Below, in pieces: positions 12,356-23,902 of a DNA stretch of 64,000 nucleotides. Under the pieces are notes generated by a model. That model made no database searches. It saw only the letters and a program-made list of their open reading frames with translations, and was not told the origin of the DNA. Position 1 is the stretch's first letter; each line of letters begins with the position of its first letter. The translations under genes were made by a program, and so were the position numbers. The DNA is from Epithemia pelagica (lineage: Eukaryota > Protista > Bacillariophyta): NCBI GenBank assembly GCA_946965045.2, contig OX337233.1:2232001-2296000 (forward strand). The letters run 5' to 3'.

Positions 12356-14880
12356 CTAGGACACCTGCGCCAAAAGTTCTTCAAGCTCTTCCCATTCTTC
12401 CATATATTCTTCGACTTTGGCGGTTATCTCGTCCTTTCGTTTACTCATATCGACAAGCTTTCCAACGTCGTTGCCAACAGTTATCATTTCCTCTTCAATG
12501 GCTGCGACTTGTGCTTCGGCTTCGTTGATCAGTTCTTCCAATTTCATTATCCGTTTGGGAGCGTTGAAGGCTTTCTTGCGAAGTACTGGATCCATTTCTG
12601 GCTGGCTAGCGTCTTGTGATCCCTTTGAAACGGCCGAACCATTGAGTTCTTCCTCCTCTTTGCCAGCACTTTGGTCAGACGATAAGCTTTCGACAAGCCA
12701 ATCAGAATCACGTACGGACCGCTCCTCCAAAGTGCAAGTGCCATCACGAACGGTTGCAATATGGGTGAAGTCAATTTTATCACAAAACGCTCGGTCATGG
12801 GAAATGACAACAATTGCGCCCATGTCGCCACCCCATTCTCCAAGTGCCTCACTGAGAGCTTCGACACACGCCACGTCCAAATGATTGCTGCATTCATCCA
12901 AAAGGTAAAGATTGCTGGGTTTGAGGCTAAACATTGCGAGTGCCACACGAGCCTTTTCGCCTCCACTCAAATCCTTGAGGTATCGGAGTGCCTTTTCACC
13001 CTGCAGTCCTAGCCTCCCCAGTGATCCCCTTGCGTCTTGTTCGGAAACCACAATATCGCCATGTGGGCCCTCACGTGCATGGGCCGTGACAATGTCCACG
13101 GCACGCTTCTCGGGATCAAGTTCCTGTGCCAGATCCTGGGTGAAGACACCGAGTCGAAGTGCTTCGTTTTCCATGCGCTCTCCCGATAACAACGGTAGAG
13201 AACCTCTGAGTGAATGCAGTATGGTAGATTTTCCTAATTACCAAATCAGAAAATCGTGTGTTCGAAAATCAGAATATTCATCCTTTCTGTGCACGATCGA
13301 GCGAGTCTCGGTGTACTTACTAGCTCCATTGGGGCCACTGGTACGATTGATACGAAAACAAGTGAGAGACTGCGATTGAGATACAGCCTTGTCGCAAACA
13401 GTACTTACCGAAATAGAACTTTCATTCCCCGTCGTATTCTCAAGTCAATCTGGTCCACAAGCGGTGTGCCGTCATAGCCCACACAAGCGTCTTTCAATGC
13501 CAACAAGGTCTCCCCCATTGCCTTGGGTGGTTCCGGCAAGACAAGTGAGGGTTGAAATTGCTTGGCCACCAATACATCGGGTGGAGCATCCAAGAGTCCC
13601 TCTCGTTCCATTCGCTCAATTTGTTTGACCCGTGATTGAGCTGCCGAGGCCTTGGTCGCTGATGCACCAAACCGATCCACAAAGGCTTGTAACTTGGCCG
13701 CCTTTTCGGCATTTTTCTCGTAGGCTGCCACTGCGGATTTGGCCCGTTCTTCCTTGAGTTGCAAATACTGCTGATAATTGCACGACTTGTAAATCTGCAA
13801 GCGGCCTCCTCCACCACCAGTGTCTTGTTGCTGTCCCGAAACGACAATTTCAGCAATATGGTCCATGGAATTCAAGAGTTGAGCATCGTGCGTCACCAAG
13901 ACGAGAGCACCCTCTCCCTCATAGTTGGCCAAGAATCGAGCTAACCATTTCTTTGCCGCATCGTCCAAGTGATTGCTTGGTTCATCCAACAAGCAAAGAC
14001 TGCCCATAACAAAAGGAAGAGTGCATATTAGGATATCCTACCACAGGCTTTTCCGAACACTATCCATGTCGAGAGTCTCCAACAAGAATCGTCGCATACC
14101 AACGTACCTTGGTTCGCTCAGCAATACTTTGGCAAAACTGACTCTCATTTGCCATCCACCCGACAACTCGTCACATCTCTTTTCAAAGTCAGTAAATCCA
14201 AGTCCCTTGAGGACAGACGATACCTTTTGCTCCTGTTGGTACCCTCCCAAAGCTTCAAATCGTGTCGTGGCCTTTTCCAAGGCATTCAAATCTCCACTAT
14301 TGGCCGCCTCTTCCATGGCTCTGCGTGCGTGATCAATAGCTTTCATACCGGATGCAGCTTCTTCGTAAATGGTACAATTGCTTCCTGCCACGGCTGTTTG
14401 TTGCAAGTATCCCAATTGATTGGCCGCCTTGGTACCCATGGCCACTTTGCCATCATAGGGAATTTGTCCCACAATGGCTTTTAATAAGGTGGATTTTCCA
14501 GCGCCATTGGCACCGACCAATGCCCATTTGGTACGCGGTTCGATTCTCCAATCAATGTCGCGTAAGATTTGCGATGGTCCTCGGTAGACCGTGACACCCT
14601 CCAACAACAAGGCGGCACCACGGGTTTCATCTCGTCCACTACTGCTCTGGAAAAGTTGATGCAAGGGGACTGATTCTTCTTGTCGTTGTTGTATGTCATT
14701 TCGTATAAAACAGTCTCTGTTTCGTTGGTCGTGGTAGTAAGGACGACGGCGACGACCAATCGGCAGTCCTACGGACGGCTTTTGTCGAAGAAATGAAAAA
14801 GCACCAGAAGTGGAATCTTCCCTCCACAAAGCAAACACGAGGACTATCAGGAAGTAGCGAGACCCACTGGAGGATCCCAT
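12356..14880 (-). CDS. ABC-F family ATPase (two NBDs) with a probable bipartite plastid-targeting presequence, 4 exons
   Basis: Exons 14880-14108, 13999-13409, 13337-13321 and 13233-12356 sum to 753 codons. Motifs GANGAGKST, LSGGWQMR, LLDEPSNHLD, LSGGEKAR, LLDECSNHLD. Signal peptide followed by GAFSF. Confidence 0.92.
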
Positions 14881-15183
14881 TTCGAAACGTAGAGAAAGAA
14901 CAATGCCTCGGTCAAGTCAAAGGCATCACCTGGACAAGAGCATCGGGATTCTTTGGGGACCGCCATGATGGATGGATGAGATGGAGACAAGATGCCAAAA
15001 TCTGACATCAGAGAAATCAGTCACACATTGTCGCTGTTAGATCGCTTCTTAGTCGCTCAAAGGGGTTGCTATTGCCATGTGCCGACAAATCGGACAACAG
15101 CCGTCCATGTCTAGAAAGACAAAGGGAATCATTCCTTCGAGCAATCCAGGAGGACCCTACGACGATCGCAACAATAACATTGA

Positions 15184-15927
15184 ATGGAAAGCACCACAGC
15201 CTCATCAAACCCCCTCCAAGGCAATAAGGACCAACGGAACAACCACCAAGCCCCTGCAGCCGCATCCTCATCCTCCATAATGTCGTCATCATGGGACGAA
15301 GAACGTCGAAAGTTGTATGGAATTTATGACAGCACGGAACAGATGCATCAAGAAATGGATCGATATGGTGTCGTGCGAGTTTCTCCACAAGATTTGTACT
15401 TGCATGTGGAGCCATTGTCCACCATCCATCCACAGGAGGAGGGTGCCATGGCTTCCGAAACAACGACGACGTTCTCCAGGGCGAATGGCTGGTCGTCACA
15501 TTCACCCACGCGTTCTTCGGTTGCGATTCCAGCGGACGGATCTAGTAGTAGTACACCATCAGCAACAACCACGGCAACGGGAAGTTTGGTATCGGTGGGT
15601 GGCCGAGGCAAGGATATCTGGGGCAATTATCCAGCCAAGGAGCCCAAAGATTTGATGATTGCCTGTCCCATTTGTCAGCGAATGGTCCAAGTAGCTCGCT
15701 TTGCGCCTCATTTGGATAAGTGCATGGGATTGGGCAACACAACGCGGGGTGCGGCATCCTCCTCGTTGCCTCTAATGAACGTGTCGTCCTCACAAGGAGC
15801 CTATCAAAGAAGCAACAACATTTCACTGGGAACAACATCCAATCCAGGAGGAAGAAATAACGGTGGGTCAATGAACGGAGTTGGATCTTCCTCTGGCACC
15901 ACACCAGGAATGAGAACCATGGGTTGA
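15184..15927 (+). CDS. SGF11: SAGA deubiquitination module subunit Sgf11-like zinc-finger protein
   Basis: IACPICQRMVQVARFAPHLDKCMGLG matches the Sgf11/ATXN7L3 zinc finger. Confidence 0.85.
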   Translation: MESTTASSNPLQGNKDQRNNHQAPAAASSSSIMSSSWDEERRKLYGIYDSTEQMHQEMDRYGVVRVSPQDLYLHVEPLSTIHPQEEGAMASETTTTFSRANGWSSHSPTRSSVAIPADGSSSSTPSATTTATGSLVSVGGRGKDIWGNYPAKEPKDLMIACPICQRMVQVARFAPHLDKCMGLGNTTRGAASSSLPLMNVSSSQGAYQRSNNISLGTTSNPGGRNNGGSMNGVGSSSGTTPGMRTMG

Positions 15928-16468
15928 ACCAACCAGCCAACCAAGAGTCAAAAGACATGTTGGTTCTGCTTTGCACTTGTTTTCTTCTCTCGTGCTTTCC
16001 AACTCACATGTTGTGTGATGAAAGTGTGTCGTCTGTTGCATGAAGATCTAGGGACACTCGTTGTGTAGTGACCTCTGTCGTCGTCGTCACTTTCTCGTCG
16101 TGGATAGCCTTGCTGTTTCGCATCCATGGGGGCTTGTACAAAACAGCAAAATGGAATAAGAAGCTAAAGAAAGGACATGGTAATGAATGTAGTTATGCTA
16201 TGCTGGAACGCAATGCATCTTTGGGTTTGCTGTTTTGGAATCGTACTGTGTACTGTCGTTTCCATTCACCGCATCTATAGGGTTTGACTCCATACGAGTC
16301 CACAGAACAAATGCAAAACGGCGATTCGTCGTCACAACATTGTGGCGGTATCTGGTGGGGCATGAGCATTCCCTCCTTAGATATAGAGCAGCTTAGAAAA
16401 ATCCTCCGAGGGGTCGCCCCTATCAACCGGTAAACACCATGGCAGATGCCTTTCTTGTACATTCTCAC

Positions 16469-17640
16469 TCAAAACCGAATCTCGGCTTGTTCCAAGAGCT
16501 CCAACTGTTTGGCGCGCCCTGCCTTGGACGCTTCGTAGTTGTCGTTCTTGTGACTACTACCATTGTTATAGACGGTTTGGGGAAGGTAGGGTTCCCAGGT
16601 GGGATGGACTTGACGAGGGAGCATGCGACTGGCCTTGATGGCCAATTCGTACTGGGTCGGAATTCGTGGGGGTGCCCGTAACTTCATGCCCCATTTGGAT
16701 CGAATCTCGTCCAACCCCAAGGACCCCTTTTTTCCATTGCACCCGGTACAACTGGTGACGGCATTTTCCCAATTCAAATGTCCGCCACGACATCTCGGCA
16801 CCACATGATCCAATGTCAAATCACGAGTGTGAAACACTTGGTTGCAATACTGACATTGATATTCCTGCACAACACGCGCACACACAAAGCGATTGGTACA
16901 GACACACACATGTTTGAGAGGTGTCGTTGGATCGAACCAGAATCTTGCAGTCCACCACAACTTACATCGCGCAAAAATACATTGCGTTTGGTAAAGGCTG
17001 GTTTGTGATGATGGTATTGAGGGCTGACATAGTCGGTCAGGGCAATCACGGAAGGCAAGGGTACACGGAGAGAAGCGGCTCGAATCACCACGTCGGGATA
17101 GACATCCACAACAGTCACCTTGCCATTAAAGACGGCCTTGACCGATTCCTGCCAATGCCATATACTCAAGGGTAAATATGAGAGGGGCTGATAGTCGGCA
17201 TTCAACACCAATGCTGGGTGCCTGTCCAAATTACGAATGACACTTTGGTGCTCTTCTTTGGGAGGTGATTCCTCTTGTTCTCCTTCTTCTTCTTCTTCTC
17301 CATGCTTTGCCCTATCCGACAACGATGACGGTGGTCCATACGTGTGATCAAATCGAGTTCGTTTCCGTTCAAAACCTCGCAACCTCCCACCTGGACCGTG
17401 AATGTATTCATGCGAGACATGTTCCGCCAATTCTTCCAGGGACAAGGGAACTCCTCGTTTGGCGGCGTCCTTGTTGTGTCGATGAGATGACGCAGCAGCA
17501 GCAGCACCACCTAGTTTGCGAGGAACGGATGATTTCAGTTTGGCCTTGCGTTTCCGAACCGACGATCCCGAGGACGATGAGGGAGAAGCATACAGCTCCC
17601 ATGGAACATTCTTGACCAATGACCGACCTTTCCAAAGCAA
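16469..17640 (-). CDS. HNH endonuclease family protein (bacterial McrA-like type), at least 1 intron
   Basis: ALVLNADYQPLS...LPSVIAL...FTKRNVFLRD spliced (intron 16965-16865) to EYQCQYC...LTLDHVVPRCRGG...WENAVTSCTGCNGKKG. 5' end not resolved. Confidence 0.88.
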
Positions 17641-17998
17641 AAGAACAATGTGAGAGAAAGTGAACTGTCAATGACCAAGCACAAGATATTGTCAATTGTC
17701 AACAACACCGACAAGAAAAGTGACGACGACACCTGGAGAACAAACCATCACCTACCATAAGAGGAATGAGAAGAGTAATGGGCCCTTGAATGTCTGTCCA
17801 CTGTCAATGGTGAAACCCTGGAGATCTGAAACGTAAAAGCCAAGCAACCAAAGCCGATGCTGCAAAAGAATGCCAGTACGGTGGCGATGCAGACCAAAGC
17901 TCGTTGGTCAAACCGAATCTGCAGCATGACCATCTTGGTCTCGTCTTCTTCCTCTTTAGGCTCGACAGCAACTTGTTGGAACTTGTTGGCACCCCCTT

Positions 17999-18583
17999 GT
18001 GCACAGTTTTCGAATTTCCAAGGCAAGCAATGACCAAACCGAAACAAGAACGAAGGTGCAAATCCACGTGCCAAACTACGAGAACGAATCTTCAAAAGAA
18101 TCTGTTCGCTGGAGCCCACAAAACGCCAATGACAACCAAAGTCCAAAAGTGGAGACCGGACCAGACCAATTGAAATCTGTTCGCTGGAGCCCACAAAACG
18201 CCAATGACAACCAAAGTCCAAAAGTGGAGACCGGACCAGACCAATTGATATCAAGCGTTGATCTTCAAAAGAGTAGATCAAAGTGCTTGCGGCGAGGAAA
18301 GAGGTGTTGAGATACTTTGGAGGAGCACAATGGACAAGTTTGTTCTGTTTCTCTCGTTGTCTCGTTTCTCGTTGCCAATGGAAGAAAGAAGCAAGAAAGA
18401 GGCCAAAACGAAAAGAACGAGATTTTGCGGGGTGGAGTTGATTCTGTTTCCCAGCGGTTGAAGCCTTTGTGTACATGGTTGAATTCTTCACATGATGTGT
18501 CTCGAAGCACTGCCAGATGGCAGCACGTTTGGAGTCGCAGATCAGAACTCCAGATGGATGACATCGCTGACGTGTCCCAATGA
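17999..18583 (+). pseudogene. Possible decayed ORF of unknown identity
   Basis: ORFs 17999-18310 and 18317-18583 are in the same frame, separated by one TGA, and contain an in-frame 75-bp duplication. No recognisable domain. Confidence 0.25.
18099..18248. repeat. Tandem repeat, 2 x 75 bp
   Basis: AATCTGTTCGCTGGAGCCCACAAAACGCCAATGACAACCAAAGTCCAAAAGTGGAGACCGGACCAGACCAATTGA at 18099 and 18174. Confidence 0.95.
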
Positions 18584-18751
18584 AGTCGCGCAGGAGAATT
18601 TTCGCGACCCAGTTTTGCGTTTCCTCTCTATGTCTATGACGTCATAGGACGTGAACGCTGAGAAGTGTAGTCGTCATTCGACTGCGCCGAGTTTTGTCTT
18701 GGGCCAACCATCACCTACAGAATCCAGTTGTCTTCTTCGAAAGGTTCGACG

Positions 18752-19636
18752 ATGATTTCCTCCACGCTCTTTCTTTTGGTTGCTTCCCCGTTGGCCACAT
18801 TGGCCTTCCAAACTCATCAGGTCATTGACTGCCGCTCACCTTCCTTGTCCCTGCAATCGACGATTAGTGAGTCGGCAGCCATTGCGGATCAACCGGCACG
18901 TGTCATTCCCGAATCCCTCCCCACCCTGTATGTGTATGATCATTGTCCCTTTTGTGTGCGTGCTCGCATGGCCTTGGGACTCAAGAATATCAAACACAAC
19001 GTTTACTTTATGGCCAATGACGACGTAGAAACACCCACCAAGTTGGTTGGAAAGAAGATTGCTCCCATTTTGCAATGGGAAGACGTGACCATGGCGGAAT
19101 CTTTGGATATTGTGGATTTGATGGACAAGGATGAACGTTTGGGACCTACCGGTATCATCGCCCCCTTTACGGATCGTCAGCACGAACTCAAGTCCTGGCA
19201 AAAGGGCGTCCAAAACTTGTTGCGCAACTTGCAACGTCCTCGTTACGTCGCCACGGGCCTCTTGCCCGAATTTCAACAGTTGGACGGTCGCCAGGCCTTT
19301 ATCAAAAACCATGCCTTGCCCAAATACTCCAAGGAAGATTGGAAGGCCATGCCCTTTGAGGAACAAAAGCGCGAGTACGAAGATTGCTTGGCACGACCGG
19401 ACGTTATGGCCGATGTTCAAGAATTGAACAAGCAATTGCTCGTGTTGAATGACTTGATCTACTCCCCTCAACATTGTTCCGAAGGAGGCCTTTCGTACGA
19501 CGACATTGACTTGTTTGCTCGCCTCCGGTCTATTACTATTGTCAAGGGAGTGCAATGGCCGGAGAAACTTCGAGCCTACATGGACTACATGTCGGAACGC
19601 GCCGATATTCCCCTCTACGATCAAATGGCTTTGTAA
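18752..19636 (+). CDS. grxB: Glutaredoxin 2 (GrxB-type), probably plastid-targeted
   Basis: LYVYDHCPFCVRARM active site, GKKIAPIL, MAESLDIV, and GST-like C-terminus DDIDLFARLRSITIV. Signal peptide ending LAF. Confidence 0.92.
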   Translation: MISSTLFLLVASPLATLAFQTHQVIDCRSPSLSLQSTISESAAIADQPARVIPESLPTLYVYDHCPFCVRARMALGLKNIKHNVYFMANDDVETPTKLVGKKIAPILQWEDVTMAESLDIVDLMDKDERLGPTGIIAPFTDRQHELKSWQKGVQNLLRNLQRPRYVATGLLPEFQQLDGRQAFIKNHALPKYSKEDWKAMPFEEQKREYEDCLARPDVMADVQELNKQLLVLNDLIYSPQHCSEGGLSYDDIDLFARLRSITIVKGVQWPEKLRAYMDYMSERADIPLYDQMAL

Positions 19637-20160
19637 GATTGGCTGCAAACAAGATTGCGGATACGTATGCGATTTAAGGATATAACGAATACCCTCCTTA
19701 TCACTTTGTGCAATCATACCAAAGCATGAGCGTAGCCGAGACAATTCTTCGGCCGATAGACGCGGCTTGATCTCCCAATTCTAGAAATTCGCACTTTGGT
19801 GGCAAGGGCGATCTTCGGATTTGGGGCGAGTGGGTGTATGAATAAAAAAGACAGACACACGGACACAGATCTGTCTCGTTTTCACAGAACAATCCATCAA
19901 TCGTCGTCATCGACTCAGCGTGGTCTCATACGACGGTTGTATACTATACGAGATTGACAAAGAAATAGAACCGAACAACAACCATGAATGGTGACGGATG
20001 GTGAACTCATTGGTGCTCCCATTCCAACATATGATAAAAAACAAGATACATAGCAATCCCAAATTTGTGTTTCGATAATATAGTTCAAATTACAGTTTAT
20101 CATGCGGTGATGTATCTTTCGTGTGCGTCGTCGTCGTCGTCATGATGTCGGGCATCGCGC

Positions 20161-21596
20161 TTATTTCTCGTTAAGGGCGGCAACACCTGGAAGGACCTTT
20201 CCTTCCAAAAGTTCCAAAGAGGCACCTCCTCCCGTGGAGATGTGGGACATGTCACCAGCGCGTCCAGACAATTCAGTAGCAGCGACAGAGTCACCTCCAC
20301 CAATGATGGTGATGGCACCCTTGTCCTTACTCAAGTCGGCCAAGATGTCGACAATTCCGAAAGTTCCCTTGGAGAACTTCTCGAATTCAAAGACACCCAT
20401 GGGTCCGTTCATGATAACAGTCTTGCAGTCCGACAAGAATTCCTTTTGTTCCTCGGTGGACTTGGGGCCGTTGTCCAATCCCATCCATCCTTCAGGGATG
20501 GCATCGGAAGAAACAATTTGGGTGTCGGCTTCCTTGTCGAACTTGTCGGCGACAACAATATCGGAAGGAAGAAGGATTTCCTTGCCGAGTTCTTCGGCCT
20601 TGGCCATGACTTCCTTGGCGGTGTCGACAAAGTCTTCTTCAACGAGGGAAGTACCAACTTCAAGTCCCTTGGCCTTGAGGAAAGTGAAAACCATACCTCC
20701 ACCAATGACAATCTTGTCGCACTTGTCAAGGAGGGCGTTGAGAACGGTGATCTTGGAGGAGACCTTGGATCCACCGACAATGGCGGCCATGGGCTTTTCT
20801 CCGTTGGAGACGGCTCCGTCAAGGTATTCCAATTCCTTGGCAAGCAAGTATCCAGAGACAGAGGGCTGGAGGAACTTGGTCACACCTTCGGTGGAGGCAT
20901 GAGCACGGTGGGCAGTTCCGAAGGCATCGTTGACGTAAAGGTCGAAGGGGGCGGCCAACTTTTCAACGAAGGATTCTTCGTTCTTTTCTTCTTCCTTGTA
21001 GAATCGGGTGTTTTCAAGGAGAAGGACATCACCTTCGGCGGCACCGTCAACCAAGGCAGCGACTTCGTCACCAATGCAGTCAGGGGCAAGCTTGACTTCT
21101 TGTCCCAAAAGTTCGCCGAGGCGTTCGGCGCAAGGGCCCAAGGAGAACTTGTCTTCCGGTCCCTCCTTAGGGCGACCCAAGTGGGAGCAGACGGAGACGA
21201 TGGCACCCTTTCCCTTCAAGTATTCGATGGTGGGGACAGAGGAGCGGATACGAGTGTCATCGGTGATGGTCTTTCCGTCAAGGGGAACGTTGAGGTCGCA
21301 TCGGATGAGAACCTTCTTTCCCTTGAGTTCGTCGTCGGCGAGGTCCTCAATGGACTTCTTGGCATCAAGCTCGACAACAGAAGGGGCGGCGAAAGAGCGG
21401 ACACCGAAAGTGGCTGTCAACATAAAATGAGAACCATTGTCAGAACAAAGATACAACCACTGTTACTCGTCGAAACTGGATCCGTCGTCGAAATCCAATG
21501 ACACGGTCATGAATGGACAAACTTACCGGTAGGGGCGAAGGCCGAAGTGGTGGCGCAAGTGGCGAAAAGGGCAAGGACGGTGGTGGAGAACTTCAT
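20161..21596 (-). CDS. PGK: Phosphoglycerate kinase, plastid-targeted, 2 exons
   Basis: Exon 1 (21596-21527) reads [23 protein letters not shown]; intron 21526-21414. Motifs [56 protein letters not shown]. Confidence 0.98.
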
Positions 21597-22375
21597 GGTG
21601 TCGGATCGATGTGTATTCAAAAAGTCTTGCGACCAATATTATGACACTGTTGCTCGTTCGTCGTTAGATTCATGTGTCGACTACTTGGACGCAAGTTTTA
21701 TCGTCGATAAGAATGAGGTCCGCGACAAACGTCAGTTGCAACACGTAATCGACCACAGCATAAACTCTGGCGTGTAGAAAAGAAGATATACTGTTTCGGG
21801 TATTTCGTATCTTTTCCAGACACCGAAAGAGTTTCAAACGGGGGACGAAAGCGACAGCCCCTCGCCCGTCACGCGTCAGGGCCCGGGAAAAGGAATGCAA
21901 TTGCATGGGAACACTCTCAAGCTTTCGGAACTGACTATAACCAACAATAAAGTAAAAAAAAGGAAGGAATGAGCGCTGGAAATTATTCTATCTCGTACGG
22001 TAAGCTACTCCTAGAGCTACCGTAGAGAGCAACACGCATGCTTGGAACTGGAACTGGAGTGCTTCTAGGTCCGTGCTACTCCTTCACCGTGATGTATCCA
22101 ATTATCCAAATAACCAGCGGACACATTCTACTCCAATTCGTTCCCGTCTAGAGTCTACCTAGAGAATTTAAAGGAGTATGATTAGATCACCAGCAAGGGA
22201 AATGGTCGCATACAAAGGGAAGGAAGTTGAGCAAGAATGGAAGATGACTACAATATCTCTCTGATAGCAGGCATCTTGCTGTGGACCTGGCCCTCTTCGG
22301 CCTTGCCTGGGGAAAAGGGTTTACGGTAACCTTTTGTGAAGCACTCCTTTTACGGGTAGAAGCAAGTAGGAGTAA

Positions 22376-23188
22376 GGCTATCTCCACCCGAGCGCCGCTA
22401 TGCTGACGTATTGGGGCTTTCTGATTGGCCTCGCTATCCGGATAGCGGATTAGCGGAGCCAAAGGGAAATAAACTCCACGATCTCCGTTAAAAGAACGCC
22501 GCTATCTCGCGTTGCGCGTACGCATTGCGCATATGCCCTCTCTTGTTTCGGTTAAAAAGGGGTGCGACCGCGGAAGTTGCGGAATTCAAACAAGACAATC
22601 AACGAGAGCACAAAGCATAAAAGGACTCGTTGTTCTCCCTCTTCATTGTTGACTGTCATGGTGAATCATGTTGTTGTTCATGGCCAATGTAGATGTAGGT
22701 TGTAGGTTGTAGGTTGTAGATTGCAGTCCAATCTTCCTATTCCTGTCCGATTTCCGACTGATTGTCTGATAATTGATAATCAAACTCATCAATAGTTTGA
22801 ATGATGCATTTGTTTGATTGTTGCATTCCTTCCGATCCATGATCCTCGAATCATCTTGCTGTGCATGGTTCTTGTCCCATTGTAGGAAGTAGGGAACACA
22901 ACAATGGAAAAAGAGATGGCAAGCGATCGTCACAATCAATACGTGCCATTGCCATGTTTTCGACACGAGACACGAGAGATTCAAAGTTTCACTGTTGGCA
23001 GCAGACGTTAATTTATTAACGCCGACGGTTATATTTTGCTCCGCTATCCGCTATTTTCCCCGCTATTCGGGGCCCTAAATAGCGGCAAAAATAGAAATAG
23101 CGGAAAGCGGAGCTGTTTAGCGGTTAGAGGAGATGGTGGAGTTCGATAGCGGTTTTTGGGCCTTTAGCGGGCCCAGGTGGAGATAGCC
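22376..23188. mobile_element. PIF/Harbinger (Tourist-like) non-autonomous MITE, 813 bp
   Basis: 13-bp perfect TIR GGCTATCTCCACC (22376-22388) / GGTGGAGATAGCC (23176-23188). TAA target duplication on both sides (22373-75, 23189-91). Subterminal CCGCTA(T)/(A)TAGCGG repeats at both ends. No coding capacity. Confidence 0.85.
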
Positions 23189-23902
23189 TAACCATCATGG
23201 GGAGAAGAGATCTGTGATCTGCGGGTAGTCTACAGTCTACAATAGGTAGTTGGTGGGTGGGGGGACGATTCCATTCCCGTGAGCGTGTTAGTCATGCCAA
23301 ATGCCAGACGTGTGTGAGTGTGACAGAAGTGACAGAATGTGGCACGCCGGTACTGCCACGTGCTCGCCAAACCTACTCATGGTGCGACATGCGATACGAT
23401 GACTATAGGGTATTGTGTACATGAAGAGGAGGTGACGAGAAAGGAAGAGAAGGAAAGGCAGACTGTCCGACTTTCTGCCCGGTCGCCGAACGAAGCCCAT
23501 GTAACTTTTGGGGCAACAAAGCAAGCTCTAAAATAAAATTGAAAGCGCAAACGAACCCAACCTAGCAAAAGAGTCTTTGTGATTTGAAGTGACTACCTAC
23601 CCTTACACAAAGTCACTGACGACGGAATCCTGGAGCATTGGTTCCCCTCGAAGTGCATTCAAGCTTCCTTGAACAAAGTTGACGGTGGAGTAGGGCATCT
23701 TTGTTCGGACTTCGGACCACAATTTGGATTTGCGCGAAAAAGCATCATTATAGCTCATTCCGGCGAAAAGGCCATCGAGTCTTGCTTTTTATTTTTGAAT
23801 ACGGTGGCGCCGGTACCAAGTCCCACCCTATTTCGCAGGCAAACGAAAAGACAACGACAAGACTTGCCAACCTAGCAGGTTTCCACACGATTGCATTTTT
23901 AT

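Noticed and set aside
20242-21501. 419-aa antisense ORF over PGK (also 18836-19744 over grxB)
   Set aside because: Shadow ORFs expected from strong codon bias in the sense genes; no recognisable motifs.
21990-22030. Imperfect palindrome TCTCGTACGGTAAGCT...AGCTACCGTAGAGA
   Set aside because: Short and imperfect, with no associated element ends.
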